NCBI GenBank assembly: GCA_963832745.1
Contig: CAWHVC010000003.1
Location: 96,001 to 160,000, forward strand
DNA length: 64,000 nt
Direction: 5' to 3'
Source: Candidatus Bathyarchaeota archaeon
Lineage (GTDB): Archaea > Thermoproteota > Bathyarchaeia > Bathyarchaeales > Bathycorpusculaceae
A program made the translations under genes and the position numbers. A model generated the notes under the pieces. The model was not told the DNA's origin and searched no databases. It saw nothing but the letters and a program-made list of their open reading frames with translations. Shown here piece by piece: positions 10,396 through 21,153 of the stretch. Each line of letters starts with the position of its first letter. Position 1 is the first letter of the stretch.

Positions 10396-11159
10396 GCCAA
10401 CAGTTTGTCAAAGAGTAGCTTGGTTTGGGCAATCTCCTCTTTGGTTGTGGTGTGGTGCAGTTCTAAGGTTACGGGTCCAGCGTACTTGTACTCTTTGAGT
10501 TTGGTTATTAGCCATTTTAGTTCAGGTGTTTCTTCAAGAAATGGCCTATGGGACTTGTTTGCCATATGAATGTTACAGAGGTAGAGGTGGTACTTTTCGA
10601 TTAGGTTGGCGGCTTCTTTGGTTTCGAGCGCATGGCAGAAGTCAAGGGTAAAACCCATTGTCCGTTTGGGGTCAATAACATCTAAGACTTCTTCAAGTTG
10701 CTCCACGTTTTTGCCAAACCCAGTGGATGTATAAGAAAGATTCTCCAGCGCCAGCTTGATACCAAACTTTTTTGCAAACGGTACAATTTCCCCAAAAACC
10801 GCCTCCAAACACTCCTTCCTAACGGATTTGGAAAGACTTTTGGAAATATCAGAATGAACTACCATCAAAGGCGCCTTTAGCGCTCGGGCGCATTCAAGCG
10901 AGATTTTCCCATAATAAACAGCTTGGTGAACTTCGATGGGGTCTTTAACATGCATGATTGCTGAGTGCAGAGTTAGGCAGTTTAAGCCTGAAGCTTCAAA
11001 CGCTTTTTGTTCACGGTAAACGTCAGTGTCATGTTCTTTTTTGACAGATTTCATGTTAAACTCGATGTTCTGAAACCCAAGTTCTTTGACTGCACCAAAA
11101 TTTTCTTTTATCCCCAACTTGCTAAAAATTCCATTTGACAAACTTAACTTCATATTCAC
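10392..11159 (-). CDS. Sugar phosphate isomerase/epimerase (xylose isomerase-like TIM barrel)
   Basis: LALENL, TLDFCH, IHMA, VTLE metal-binding motifs. Confidence 0.85.
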   Translation of the reverse strand: MNMKLSLSNGIFSKLGIKENFGAVKELGFQNIEFNMKSVKKEHDTDVYREQKAFEASGLNCLTLHSAIMHVKDPIEVHQAVYYGKISLECARALKAPLMVVHSDISKSLSKSVRKECLEAVFGEIVPFAKKFGIKLALENLSYTSTGFGKNVEQLEEVLDVIDPKRTMGFTLDFCHALETKEAANLIEKYHLYLCNIHMANKSHRPFLEETPELKWLITKLKEYKYAGPVTLELHHTTTKEEIAQTKLLFDKLLA

Positions 11160-11195
11160 TCTTACCTGCCAAAATGTTTAGTGATAAAGTCGGTT

Positions 11196-11648
11196 TTACC
11201 TTAGCTTCTCAAGATAAATAAGCGTTATACCGTCCTTGTCTTTCCCAGTTTTAAACTCCGTGTAACCCAGTTTTGTGTAAAGGTGAAGACTTTTTTCGCT
11301 TTTATATCCAGTGAAAAGTTCAAACCGTTTAACCCTTGGGCTCTGGCATTCTACCTGCCGCAATAGTTCAGCACCGACACCTTGATTCTGAAACACTGGA
11401 TCAACCAGCAACCTGCCCACAAAACAAGTGTCACCTTCCTCCAAAAACCGCACTGACCCAATAATTTTACCATCTTGAGTTGCCTTTAGTATTGTATGGG
11501 TTTTGAAAGCGGCTTTTACTTCGTCAAGGGTTTCAAGAAGCGGAGGCAAAGTGCAAACATTGTAAATTTTAGCTTGAGACTGAAACGCCAGCTTTTGCAC
11601 TGTCAATATTTCTTGTGCATCGCTGGGTTTTGCTGTTTCTATTTTCAT
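11196..11648 (-). CDS. GNAT acetyltransferase
   Basis: VDPVFQNQGVG motif A, LYTKLGY. Confidence 0.9.
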   Translation of the reverse strand: MKIETAKPSDAQEILTVQKLAFQSQAKIYNVCTLPPLLETLDEVKAAFKTHTILKATQDGKIIGSVRFLEEGDTCFVGRLLVDPVFQNQGVGAELLRQVECQSPRVKRFELFTGYKSEKSLHLYTKLGYTEFKTGKDKDGITLIYLEKLR

Positions 11649-11779
11649 CTTGATAAGGACAAGTAATAGAGGGGTTTATGCTTTTCTTGAACGATAACGC
11701 AAAAAAGACAATAAATTATAGACAGTAAGAATAAAAGCAGAAAACACTCAGTTATCTCTTTACTTGAGGAGCATGCGTT

Positions 11780-12364
11780 ATGCCGCCAGCAGTTGTGAAG
11801 AACATCCAGGACCTGATTTATTGGCAATACGCAAAAATCATAGCCCAATCAGCAGGTTTTAGCAAAAAAGATTACGGTTTTGTAACAAGCAAATTCAAGC
11901 AACTCAACCAAGGCGTCATCACATGGAACGAACTGCGGGAGTACATTAAAGAGAGGGAACAGCAGGAATGCGGTTACTGCGGTGCCACTGCCGATTTGAC
12001 TTTGGAGCACTTGTTGCCGCGGAAGTTTAAGGGACCCGATAATGAGCGTAATGTGGTTTGGGTTTGTAAAAGTTGCAACTCCAAAAAAGGCGCAAAACGA
12101 CTCTACGAATACCACGTGCACAAAGGCGGTTTAAACGAGGCAAAGTATAAAGTGCCAAGAATCGCTGAAGGCAAATACCTAAAATTCGCCTATGAGACAC
12201 TTCAAGCCAACAACATGCTGCAGCTAAAAATTTCAGAGTTAACGGTACAGGTTTGTCCTGAATGTGACCTTAAACCGCTCTGCATAAAAGAAGACACAGA
12301 AGGCAAACTATCAACACTATGCATTGACGGCTTACTGACATTATGCTTCAAAAAAGATGCCTAA
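11780..12364 (+). CDS. HNH endonuclease
   Basis: CGYCG...LEHLLPR...N....CKSCNSKKG. Confidence 0.85.
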   Translation: MPPAVVKNIQDLIYWQYAKIIAQSAGFSKKDYGFVTSKFKQLNQGVITWNELREYIKEREQQECGYCGATADLTLEHLLPRKFKGPDNERNVVWVCKSCNSKKGAKRLYEYHVHKGGLNEAKYKVPRIAEGKYLKFAYETLQANNMLQLKISELTVQVCPECDLKPLCIKEDTEGKLSTLCIDGLLTLCFKKDA

Positions 12365-14154
12365 AGAGGCAATACTCCGCCCCAGAACATTACTTTTTTC
12401 CGCATCATTTTAACGTACTCTTTAAGCACATCCACTTCAACCTCAGTTAAATCATCTAAATGGTCAGCAAACAACTTCTTTACGTCATCCTCAGGCACCT
12501 TAACATAAAGCACATCACGTTCAAAGATGTGTCTACCAGCGATAGGTTTATCCATTGAAATAGCTACTTCCGAGCCAGCTTTGGCTTCGCCGATTGCTTT
12601 GCCTTGCTCTTGAATTTGCTGTATTTCGCCAAGGTCTGAACCGTCTTCTTTGCGGATAAGCGAAACTTTAGGTTTTAATCGTCCACCCTGGATTTCTACA
12701 CCTACAACTAAGGGTTTAGCTCGCCGGAAAATACAGTTGGGCAACACCATTATTTTGCCAGGTTTAACAAGAGCATTAAATTCTTCTTCACTCTTGCGTT
12801 CACGTTTCTCTTTTACCCATTTCAGGTAATTATCAATAAGATTGTAAATGATTGGGTCTTTGAAGATTTTTACACCATTAGCTTCTGCTTCAACTTCGGC
12901 ATCAGGCAAAATTTTCACGCCAAACGCCAACACTGCCCCCACGAGAGGTTGACGTTGTTTAACAACAGAGGCTTCGATTATGTCACGTTTGCTTATGTCA
13001 CCGACATCGGCGATTCGGACCTGTACATTATTGGCTTTAAGTATTTCTGCCATGGCTTCAAGCGAGCCCAAGGTGTCTGCTTTGGCGATGACACCGTCAA
13101 TTTCTTTGGTGATTCGGATTCGGCCAATCTCTTCAGTGATAAGTTTACAGTATTTCGCGACATCTTCCCCTGCTGGCACCGCAAGTAAAGGTGCACCTGC
13201 CAACGCATCTTCAAGACCGGGCGCAACAATCTTTACTCCTGCACTGGCATACACGCAATCAACACCTGTAAATTTGTCTCGGGGGTCACGCATTTCATCC
13301 AGCGGTTTAGGCACAAGAATAGTGCGGACGTGAGCGGAAATTGGACCCTGTTTGCCGCCAATAACAACTAAATCATCCCTATGCAGGGTGCCATCATAAA
13401 CAATAGCGTTCAATGTCATGCCCAAACCTGGTTCTTCTTTTACTTCCAAAATTGAGCCTTTTGCGGGACCATCGGTGGTTTGGAGACGTTTTTTGAGGAA
13501 CTGCTGGGTTAAGCCAACAAGCACCATGACAAGTTCAGATAATCCTTCCCCTGTTTTAGCGCTCGTGGGCACCAAAGCCACGTTTTGGGCGAAGTCGCGG
13601 ATGTGGTCGAAACGGTCGGTTTTGAAGCTTAACCGGCTGAAGTCGCCCATTACTTGGTAGAGACGGTTGTCAACTTCTTGCTGGACAAAGCTTGACTGTT
13701 TAGCGTATGACTGCAAAAACGGTGCGCCATTTGTTGGTTTCCAGCCGGGAACACGGTCAATCTGGTTAACTGCCACGATAAATGGAGTTTTGCGTGCCTT
13801 CAAAATTTCAATACATTCAAAAGTTTGAGCTTCAAACCCGCGTAAAGAGTTAACGACCAAAATGGCGATGTCTGCAACGCTGCCGCCTCTTCGCCTAAGA
13901 TTAGTGAATGCTTCATGACCTGGCGTGTCTACGATAAGCAACCCAGGAATCTCTATACCTGTTTTGAAGGTGCCCATGTAGGGACCGATAAGCTGTTTTA
14001 GTGTTTCAACTGGAAAAAAGCTGGCGCCGATGTGCTGCGTCATACCTCCTGCTTCCCGAACTTGTACATTGGTTTTACGTAGTTCATCAAGCAGTGAAGT
14101 TTTGCCTGAATCGACATGTCCTAGAACACAAACGATTGGTTGACGAATTGGCAC
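12361..14154 (-). CDS. infB: Translation initiation factor aIF5B (IF-2)
   Basis: GHVDSGKT, EAGGMTQHIGA, DTPGHEAF. Confidence 0.97.
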   Translation of the reverse strand: MPIRQPIVCVLGHVDSGKTSLLDELRKTNVQVREAGGMTQHIGASFFPVETLKQLIGPYMGTFKTGIEIPGLLIVDTPGHEAFTNLRRRGGSVADIAILVVNSLRGFEAQTFECIEILKARKTPFIVAVNQIDRVPGWKPTNGAPFLQSYAKQSSFVQQEVDNRLYQVMGDFSRLSFKTDRFDHIRDFAQNVALVPTSAKTGEGLSELVMVLVGLTQQFLKKRLQTTDGPAKGSILEVKEEPGLGMTLNAIVYDGTLHRDDLVVIGGKQGPISAHVRTILVPKPLDEMRDPRDKFTGVDCVYASAGVKIVAPGLEDALAGAPLLAVPAGEDVAKYCKLITEEIGRIRITKEIDGVIAKADTLGSLEAMAEILKANNVQVRIADVGDISKRDIIEASVVKQRQPLVGAVLAFGVKILPDAEVEAEANGVKIFKDPIIYNLIDNYLKWVKEKRERKSEEEFNALVKPGKIMVLPNCIFRRAKPLVVGVEIQGGRLKPKVSLIRKEDGSDLGEIQQIQEQGKAIGEAKAGSEVAISMDKPIAGRHIFERDVLYVKVPEDDVKKLFADHLDDLTEVEVDVLKEYVKMMRKKVMFWGGVLPL

Positions 14155-14320
14155 TGTACTTTTTCCTCCCTAAATAAATTATCAGGCTTGAAGATAATGC
14201 ATGTTTGACTAATAAGAATACTTCATTATTCAATGAAGACTATTCATACTTGAATACTTTACCGTCAATTGAAACAAGGCTTTTAAGAGAAAAAAACTTA
14301 TTGAAAAAAGGTGAAAAAAA

Positions 14321-14638
14321 TTGACTTACTGCACTAAATGCGGCAGCGCGCTTAAAGCAGACGACAAATATTGCCCCGTCTGTGGAGCACCAGTCGCCAA
14401 ATACACAAGCGAAGAATACACTGTTTCAGGCAGCAACCTGGTTGATAAAATAAAAGAGCTGCTGCATGAAGGAAACGTTACCCGACTAATAGTTAAGGAT
14501 GAGGCAGGAAAAACGCTTCTGGAAATCCCTGTAACCGTCGGCGTAGTCGGTATAGTAATTGCACCATGGCTTGCAGCTTTGGGAGTTATAGCAGCTTTAG
14601 TTGCAAACTGCAGAATCGTCGTCGAAAGAAGAGAATAA
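14321..14638 (+). CDS. Zinc-ribbon + DUF4342 protein
   Basis: CTKCG/CPVCG ribbon; KIKELLHEGNVTRLIVK...EIPV. Confidence 0.8.
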   Translation: MTYCTKCGSALKADDKYCPVCGAPVAKYTSEEYTVSGSNLVDKIKELLHEGNVTRLIVKDEAGKTLLEIPVTVGVVGIVIAPWLAALGVIAALVANCRIVVERRE

Positions 14639-14643
14639 AAAAG

Positions 14644-15759
14644 TTACTTTTTCTCTTTATTCGCTTCCACATCTGCGCCAGCTTCGAGCTTTGCAGGCAA
14701 GTACTCGTCAACAATGTATGTTAAACCGTAGCGGCTGAAAGCTTCAAGTTCCGTTTTGCGCCGGATTTTTAGGAAAGTTTTGATTTCGCGTTGCCAGATG
14801 GGGTCATTTTGGTATCTTGGGTCTTTTTGCAGTTCATATAGACGTTTAATGTCTACTTCATCAAGGGGGTCAGTTGGCAGCTTATATTCGATGATGTCGC
14901 TTGCCCAAACACCACTCCAAACCGCATCTGGCGTGTTTAAATCTCGCAAGTGAGCAGCGTTAGCTGAACCGGAAATAATGACTTGGGCAATGTGCATTCC
15001 CCAAGGGTCACCATCAGTTAAGATGAAAACGGGCAAATTAAGTTCATCATGCAACCGCCGTATGAAGCTGCGGGTTTGTCTTGGTGCTTGTCCACCACAT
15101 GAAATTAGAAGCGCTTTGTGTTTGCTATGGACGCTTTCTTCGATAAACCTTGTGAAAAGAGCGCCTTTCTCTATGGCTATGACTTTGTCAGCAGTTGTTT
15201 TTAGGAATTCAGAAGACGTTACTGCAGGTCCGATAAGGACGCCGTCTGGGTGACTGGTTAAATTAACAGATTTTCCTTCATAACCTGGAACAGTATAGGC
15301 GATGTCTAAGTCGCCAAAGATGGCGCTGCGTTCTTCGGGAAAAATGTTAAAATCTTCACGAGCAAAACCTGTGAGAGTTTCAAGATCTGTGATGATGTTG
15401 TTTGACTCCTGCTGGTCAGCAAAAGTCATTTCGTAAGCTTGCGCTGAGTAGTAAACATCTCTTAACGTGGAGGTTTTACGCTGACTGGTAAGTTCATTGC
15501 TGAACAATGCAACCCAAGCGAGTTGCGTGAAGGGTTTAATATGACGGATGTTTCGAGTGCTTCTTCCAACACTTTTCTCGCCTAAAACGTACTGACGCAG
15601 GGCTGAGTCGTAAGTGATGTTTTCGGTTGAACGGCTGGGCATGTTAACTGTTGGAAAGACCCCTTGGTCTAGTTGATTGTATACTGAAGCGCCAAAGTCC
15701 TTAAGACCTTTAAGGACCGCTTGTTTTCTTTCGCTGATTTTAGCTTTCTTCTGTGCCAT
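14644..15759 (-). CDS. top6A: DNA topoisomerase VI subunit A
   Basis: TLRDVYY catalytic Tyr, IEK, DGDPWG TOPRIM. Confidence 0.96.
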   Translation of the reverse strand: MAQKKAKISERKQAVLKGLKDFGASVYNQLDQGVFPTVNMPSRSTENITYDSALRQYVLGEKSVGRSTRNIRHIKPFTQLAWVALFSNELTSQRKTSTLRDVYYSAQAYEMTFADQQESNNIITDLETLTGFAREDFNIFPEERSAIFGDLDIAYTVPGYEGKSVNLTSHPDGVLIGPAVTSSEFLKTTADKVIAIEKGALFTRFIEESVHSKHKALLISCGGQAPRQTRSFIRRLHDELNLPVFILTDGDPWGMHIAQVIISGSANAAHLRDLNTPDAVWSGVWASDIIEYKLPTDPLDEVDIKRLYELQKDPRYQNDPIWQREIKTFLKIRRKTELEAFSRYGLTYIVDEYLPAKLEAGADVEANKEKK

Positions 15760-17281
15760 ACTTTTGCACACTCTTTAATAATTTTTCAATGTCAGGCCGT
15801 TTAGTTTGCCCTGCCAATGTTGTTGAGAATTCTGCGATTCTAGGCAGATATTTGCTGAAGATGCCGAGACGTTTCTTTTCCATGTGTACGTGTTCTTGCC
15901 GGGTTAAAAAGTGCGAAAGCTGCCTTGAAACTTCACGGAGTGCGTTTGCTTCTTCTTTACGGACTTCAATTCGGTCGGAAATAAATTCTTTACCAACCGT
16001 TTTGTAAGGCACTTTTGTGCTGCAAACATGAATCACGATGGCAATCGGCATGTCTGGGGAGACTTTGTAGCGTCGCCAGTTCATAGCTGAAATAACCTTG
16101 TAGGCTACGTCGCTTGCTTCATCATAAAGCAGTGGAATCTTGTTGGCAAAACGGTAAATCACAAAGCCGCCTGTTTTTGGAACGCCTCCACCGTACGCGA
16201 CGGCCATTTCCACGATGAAGGGGTGGCCAGCATACGTGGATGGTTTACGTTGATGAACCACCAGGTACTCAGGGTTTAACTCTTTCACGACACCTGCTTT
16301 AAGCAGTTCTTCACCTAAAGGTGAAAGGCAGCTTGCGTCAGGAGGCAAGAAATCCTTGTACTTCTTAAGGTTCTGCATTAACTTTACAATTTCTTCATGT
16401 GTAAGCTTCTTAGGGCTCTTGTTTACAGGGATTCCTGCAAATTCAAGGAATTTTTGAGCAGTGATTTCACCGACCCTATGGAAATGTTGCCTAAGGAAAG
16501 TGGACATATTAGTGCAGGTGGTTAATTGGATAAGACGCTGGAGTAACTCGACATCCACGCCGTAAGGATGCGGAAGAGTTTCCGTTGGAGGATCAGGCAT
16601 GTTTGTTGTGGCACGGGTAAACTTGTAAAGCCTGCCTTTTGGGTCAACAAAGGTAATGTTCGCGTACGGATTAACCATAGCTGTCTGCTTGAAGTACTCA
16701 ATAATTTTAGGCATAGCCCTCAGGTAGTCGCCTTCAAGAGAGAATTCAATGATTGTTCCACGCCAACCGTCCTTGTTAATGAGGACTTTACGGTCTAAAA
16801 TTATAGGTTTGTTACGTTGGATATCAATCATTAATTTGAAACTGTAAATTTTTTCTTGACCAGTACTTGAAGTAATCATGACAGGTTGGTGTGTCGTGAT
16901 TTGTCCATATAGGACAGCCATTTTCCCGCCTAAACCGAAGGTGCCTCTGGCCTGTTTAAGCTTGTATTTTGAACCATAAAGGACTTGACCAAAAGCGGAG
17001 GGAATGAATCTTGGTTGAATGCCGCTGCCGTTGTCTTGAACGCGGAGCTTGTAGATTTGGGTGTCCTTGGTGGCTTCTCCTTCAAATGATAAACGCACGT
17101 AAACGTCTGGAGGGATTTTTTGGCTTTCTGCGGCGTCAAGCGAGTTTTCTACTACTTCACGGATTGCCACGAATATGCTTCTTGACGGATTGGTTAAGCC
17201 TGCGATGTCTCGGTTTCGGTAGAAAAAGTCCGATACACTCATTTCTTCAAAGGTTGCTTGAGACACTTGTCGCTTACCCAC
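15740..17281 (-). CDS. top6B: DNA topoisomerase VI subunit B
   Basis: EVVENSLDA, DNGSG, RGTFGLG GHKL motifs; RFANKIPL. Confidence 0.96.
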   Translation of the reverse strand: MGKRQVSQATFEEMSVSDFFYRNRDIAGLTNPSRSIFVAIREVVENSLDAAESQKIPPDVYVRLSFEGEATKDTQIYKLRVQDNGSGIQPRFIPSAFGQVLYGSKYKLKQARGTFGLGGKMAVLYGQITTHQPVMITSSTGQEKIYSFKLMIDIQRNKPIILDRKVLINKDGWRGTIIEFSLEGDYLRAMPKIIEYFKQTAMVNPYANITFVDPKGRLYKFTRATTNMPDPPTETLPHPYGVDVELLQRLIQLTTCTNMSTFLRQHFHRVGEITAQKFLEFAGIPVNKSPKKLTHEEIVKLMQNLKKYKDFLPPDASCLSPLGEELLKAGVVKELNPEYLVVHQRKPSTYAGHPFIVEMAVAYGGGVPKTGGFVIYRFANKIPLLYDEASDVAYKVISAMNWRRYKVSPDMPIAIVIHVCSTKVPYKTVGKEFISDRIEVRKEEANALREVSRQLSHFLTRQEHVHMEKKRLGIFSKYLPRIAEFSTTLAGQTKRPDIEKLLKSVQKYGTEES

Positions 17282-17688
17282 TTTCCCAGTTTAAAGTTGT
17301 CTAATTTCCGTTAGTATATTTGTTGCTTGTTCTTTAAGTTAACTGCACTTAAAGATTAAACTTTTCATTTCTAAAAAGAGCAGAAAATATGGGTATGGAC
17401 TTTTTTGCCTTAAATGAGTATAAAAAACTGGTTATAGACAACCGTAAAAGATGATAAGTGCCTGTGGATGGATGAAGAACCAGTTTTTTGGTTTAGAAGG
17501 TACGCTTCATTAATTATATCTTTAGCTGGAATCTTGTTTCTTTTGACAGCAAACTGCTTAAAGAAACACTAAAAAATCTTGAAAAACCAAAATTTAGCGT
17601 TTAATTTGGGGGTAAGACAAATAATTTAAAATAACCCCTTTATGTTTAATGTAGCAATTAACTTCAATACACAGGTTGGAACTGTAAC

Positions 17689-17883
17689 ATGAGTGAAGGC
17701 GACACTTACTGGGTAACTTTAGCTGAAAAAATAGTTGGAATAACCTTAATCATCATCAGCGGATTAATGCTTTACTGGACTTTAACAACAGACTTAGGAA
17801 TGGTCACTTGGTTGTTTGCACTCTTAGGAGCAGTAGTTTTAATCATCGGCATCTTCCTACTGCTTGTTAGAGCACCAGAATAA
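17689..17883 (+). CDS. Small two-TM membrane protein
   Basis: 64 aa, two hydrophobic helices. Confidence 0.65.
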   Translation: MSEGDTYWVTLAEKIVGITLIIISGLMLYWTLTTDLGMVTWLFALLGAVVLIIGIFLLLVRAPE

Positions 17884-17930
17884 ACCACATTCTAACCTTT
17901 ACAATTTTCAACTTTAACCCAAACTTTTGG

Positions 17931-18365
17931 TTACATTGCTGGCGCTGATACTTCCTGCTTCATCGCAAGATAAATTTTCATTTCAATCTCTTTGCTTTTC
18001 TGGTCAACCTTGCCGTCAATATCAAGTTTTAAATTGTTAATCCAGCTAAGTCTCGCAGAATTTGTCATGCAAACTACTTGACCTTTAATGGTGCCTTTCA
18101 TGTCGGGTTCTTGCATTCCAGTACCGCTTCCGGTAAGCATCACATTATCGCCTTCTTTTGTTGTTTCTGCCGCTTTGATTTGCCAATCCATTGTTCCGTC
18201 CGGTTTAATGTTAGCATCAACTGTTTCTGCATGTATGGCGTGGTAGCGGCCTTTTACTTCACCTGAAGAATTGTACTGCATCGATGCACCGTTTTGATTG
18301 AAGTCTTTAATGATTATTGCATCTATCTTTTCTTTGATTTCAACTATTGGTTCTCTTTTTTCCAT
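17931..18365 (-). CDS. Hypothetical protein
   Basis: ORF with GGTGA SD before ATG at 18365; beta-rich. Confidence 0.65.
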   Translation of the reverse strand: MEKREPIVEIKEKIDAIIIKDFNQNGASMQYNSSGEVKGRYHAIHAETVDANIKPDGTMDWQIKAAETTKEGDNVMLTGSGTGMQEPDMKGTIKGQVVCMTNSARLSWINNLKLDIDGKVDQKSKEIEMKIYLAMKQEVSAPAM

Positions 18366-18534
18366 AAAATTCACCCTAAAAAGAGGACTATGGAAGCTTT
18401 TTATTACTATGTGACTGTGTCAAAACACTAACAATTTTAAAACGCAAAGCCATCAGAGCAATGTTAAGGGCGCAATTTTAGAACAGAAGACTTTATGAGC
18501 TAACTTGACAGTAAAGCTGGGAGCCGGTTAATCG

Positions 18535-20043
18535 ATGTCAAAGCCTGATAAGTCGCGTAACCAAAACTGCACTGAATCAAACCCTGAAGGCTATCTTCCA
18601 CGTTCGCTTTATGTACTTGAAAATGACCCGCGTGCAAACATCAGAGAAATAGTAAACACCATCTTTCCAGACAAACTAATGATGGTTTTATCGCTTATCC
18701 TAATCCCAATAATCCTTTTACCATTCATAATACAACTGGACACGGTTGTTTTAGAATTTTTTGACATTTGCGACGGCATAATTTTAACACTTTTCATCGC
18801 AGAATACACAACGAAACTTTACTGTGCAGAAAACCGCTGGAAACACTTCAAATCACCATGGCACATTGTCGACTTAATCATTATTGCATTACCCTTCAGC
18901 AGGTACTTATCATTCGTAGAACTCGGCATCACAGGTTCACCATCACTCCTGTTACGGCTTCTAAGGTTGCCTAGAGCTTTGGCAGTCGGCAGCAGAGCAG
19001 TAGCCAGCAGAAGAACCAACAATAACTTCACAACCGACAAACTTGATACTGACCCTGAAATTGTGATTCGCCAAGTTGACTCTGACCTTAAAACTGTTCA
19101 TAACAATCTAACTTGGGAAGAACTTGAAGCACATGTTTCTGATAGAAACAGGCAAGAATGGATTGATTTGCATAACGTTTCTGGAGAGGGCTTCAAACGT
19201 TTAAGCGGTATACTGCAGATTTCGGAGCCTCATTTCAAAAGCGGCTTGATGGATGAGATTTATCCTCATATTGATTATTTGCAGAAGGCTTCGTTTATTT
19301 TCTTGCAGGCAGGCAAAATAAAGTATCCTGAACATGCAGATGCTTACTTGACCATTTCAAGGTCAGGAATCATTGTTATCTGCAATGGAACAAAAATCTT
19401 CACGGTTTCACGCCACAGCATAGACTTGCCCACCAGTATTCTGAGCCGAGTAAACCAAACAAGACATAACCAAACGTTCATGGTTCCAGTGTTGTACGGA
19501 ATTTTTGAGCACATGCTTGAAGATTACAAACAGATTCTAAGCGAAATAGAAATTGAAATAATAAAAATCGGTAGCACTCCACGGTCAAATTTGCCTAAAG
19601 ATTTTCTTGAAAGAATATACATGCTTGACAAGGAAGTTTCAAGGCTTGTTTCAAACCTTGTGCACTTCAAAGACTTGCTTGGGATAATCATTGCCAGAAA
19701 AGTGCCGCTTGAAGGCTTTGACAAAAACGCAGAAGAAGCATTTCAAGTTTTACAAGACAGCGCCATTTACCTTAATGAAATCGCCCATGACTCAATAGAT
19801 AACCTGCGTTCAACCATTGACTTGTACATTAACCAAACTTCATTTGAAACCAACCGAATACTGAAAATTTTAGCGGTTATAACCAGCATCGCCGTTATTC
19901 CCTCAGCTATCGGAGGAATAATGGGCATGAACCTGCTTGATGTACCCTTTGGGGTTTACCTGTGGCAGTTATGCTTCGTAATTGGGGTAGCTATGACGTT
20001 TGCAGTGTACATGTTTTACAAGCTTGGATGGCTAAAAACATAA
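18535..20043 (+). CDS. CorA-family Mg2+ transporter with N-terminal voltage-sensor-like (S1-S4) domain
   Basis: C-terminal GMN motif plus two TMs; N-terminal FIAEY, PWHIVD, LRLLRLPR. Confidence 0.85.
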   Translation: MSKPDKSRNQNCTESNPEGYLPRSLYVLENDPRANIREIVNTIFPDKLMMVLSLILIPIILLPFIIQLDTVVLEFFDICDGIILTLFIAEYTTKLYCAENRWKHFKSPWHIVDLIIIALPFSRYLSFVELGITGSPSLLLRLLRLPRALAVGSRAVASRRTNNNFTTDKLDTDPEIVIRQVDSDLKTVHNNLTWEELEAHVSDRNRQEWIDLHNVSGEGFKRLSGILQISEPHFKSGLMDEIYPHIDYLQKASFIFLQAGKIKYPEHADAYLTISRSGIIVICNGTKIFTVSRHSIDLPTSILSRVNQTRHNQTFMVPVLYGIFEHMLEDYKQILSEIEIEIIKIGSTPRSNLPKDFLERIYMLDKEVSRLVSNLVHFKDLLGIIIARKVPLEGFDKNAEEAFQVLQDSAIYLNEIAHDSIDNLRSTIDLYINQTSFETNRILKILAVITSIAVIPSAIGGIMGMNLLDVPFGVYLWQLCFVIGVAMTFAVYMFYKLGWLKT

Positions 20044-20049
20044 GGCAGT

Positions 20050-21153
20050 TTACTTGTAAGTGAGTGTGGAGCATAACTCTTCTACGGTACGGTTAAGGGT
20101 TAATTCCGCCATGTTTCTGCCGTAATCCAGAATGCGCCGTGTGCTATCAAAAATCAGCCGCAAAACAGAGGTTACGCTTGGGTCAAGCTTCTTGCTGGAA
20201 AGCAGCATAACCAACTCGTTCTCTAAAGGCAACAGGGATTCACGTTTTGAAATCAGTTTTTCTGCATCTTTGTAGTCACGTTTGAAGACTGCTTTTATTG
20301 CATCCTCGTAAAGTTGCTGAGCTTGACCTGAAAAACTGACAATCTGAGAATAAATCTCCTCATCCAAGGGGTCCTTAACAAAGAGGGTTTCGTCATCAAG
20401 GAGTTTTTGAAAAGCGGAAAGATGGTTAATGATATTTACCGCGTTTTCACTTATGTTTTCGATATCGTTTACGGCTATGCGGTAAAGCAGGAACTCTTTT
20501 GGAGTGCGGAAACCTAATTCACGGTACAGGTTGCGTTCTATTCCATATTTTAGTTGGCGAACAATGTAAAGACCAAGACGGTTAACATCATTATGCGCGT
20601 TAATTACGCTTTCAAAGAGGACACTGTTTCGGTCTTGCAGTGCAGCTACGGCGTCACGGTTTGCAGCTAAGGCAACAATTGCCATTCGTCTGATGGCTTT
20701 TTCAATTGAGAACTCCGAATGCCTGATTAGGATTTGTAATGTGATTTCGTCTGGTGTTTCATCAATTATTTCGGAGCCCAGAAAGGTGTCACGGGCAAAA
20801 TTTTTCATTTCGATTTTGACTTTTGCAGCGTCTTTTACGTTTTTGAAGTGTATTCGTATTATGTCGGCGCCGATTGCGTAAAGTGCACGTATCATGCGTA
20901 AAGCTGATTCGGGTGACTCTTTGGGGTCCACGTTTATAACGTACTCTTTGGGTTTGGCAGAGTCTCCTGCGCCTTCTTTTTCGTTGATTTTTCTAGGAAC
21001 CAAATTTAGGGTGGAGTCTGGTTGAATGTTAAAGGCGATTTCGCTTCCCCGTTTTAGGCCAAGGTCTTGTATCCATTCTTTGGGTAGCGAGATGATGTAT
21101 GAGCCTCTGCCAGTGCTTTGGACTCGTCGGTAGCCTAGGTCTTTTTCTGCCAT
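20050..21153 (-). CDS. AbrB/PhoU-family phosphate uptake regulator
   Basis: RRVQSTGRGSYIISLPKEW AbrB domain plus two PhoU-like helical repeats. Confidence 0.88.
   Translation of the reverse strand: MAEKDLGYRRVQSTGRGSYIISLPKEWIQDLGLKRGSEIAFNIQPDSTLNLVPRKINEKEGAGDSAKPKEYVINVDPKESPESALRMIRALYAIGADIIRIHFKNVKDAAKVKIEMKNFARDTFLGSEIIDETPDEITLQILIRHSEFSIEKAIRRMAIVALAANRDAVAALQDRNSVLFESVINAHNDVNRLGLYIVRQLKYGIERNLYRELGFRTPKEFLLYRIAVNDIENISENAVNIINHLSAFQKLLDDETLFVKDPLDEEIYSQIVSFSGQAQQLYEDAIKAVFKRDYKDAEKLISKRESLLPLENELVMLLSSKKLDPSVTSVLRLIFDSTRRILDYGRNMAELTLNRTVEELCSTLTYK

Noticed and set aside
11780-12364. HNH gene as part of a mobile or defense island
   Set aside because: No flanking repeats, methyltransferase or partner genes seen
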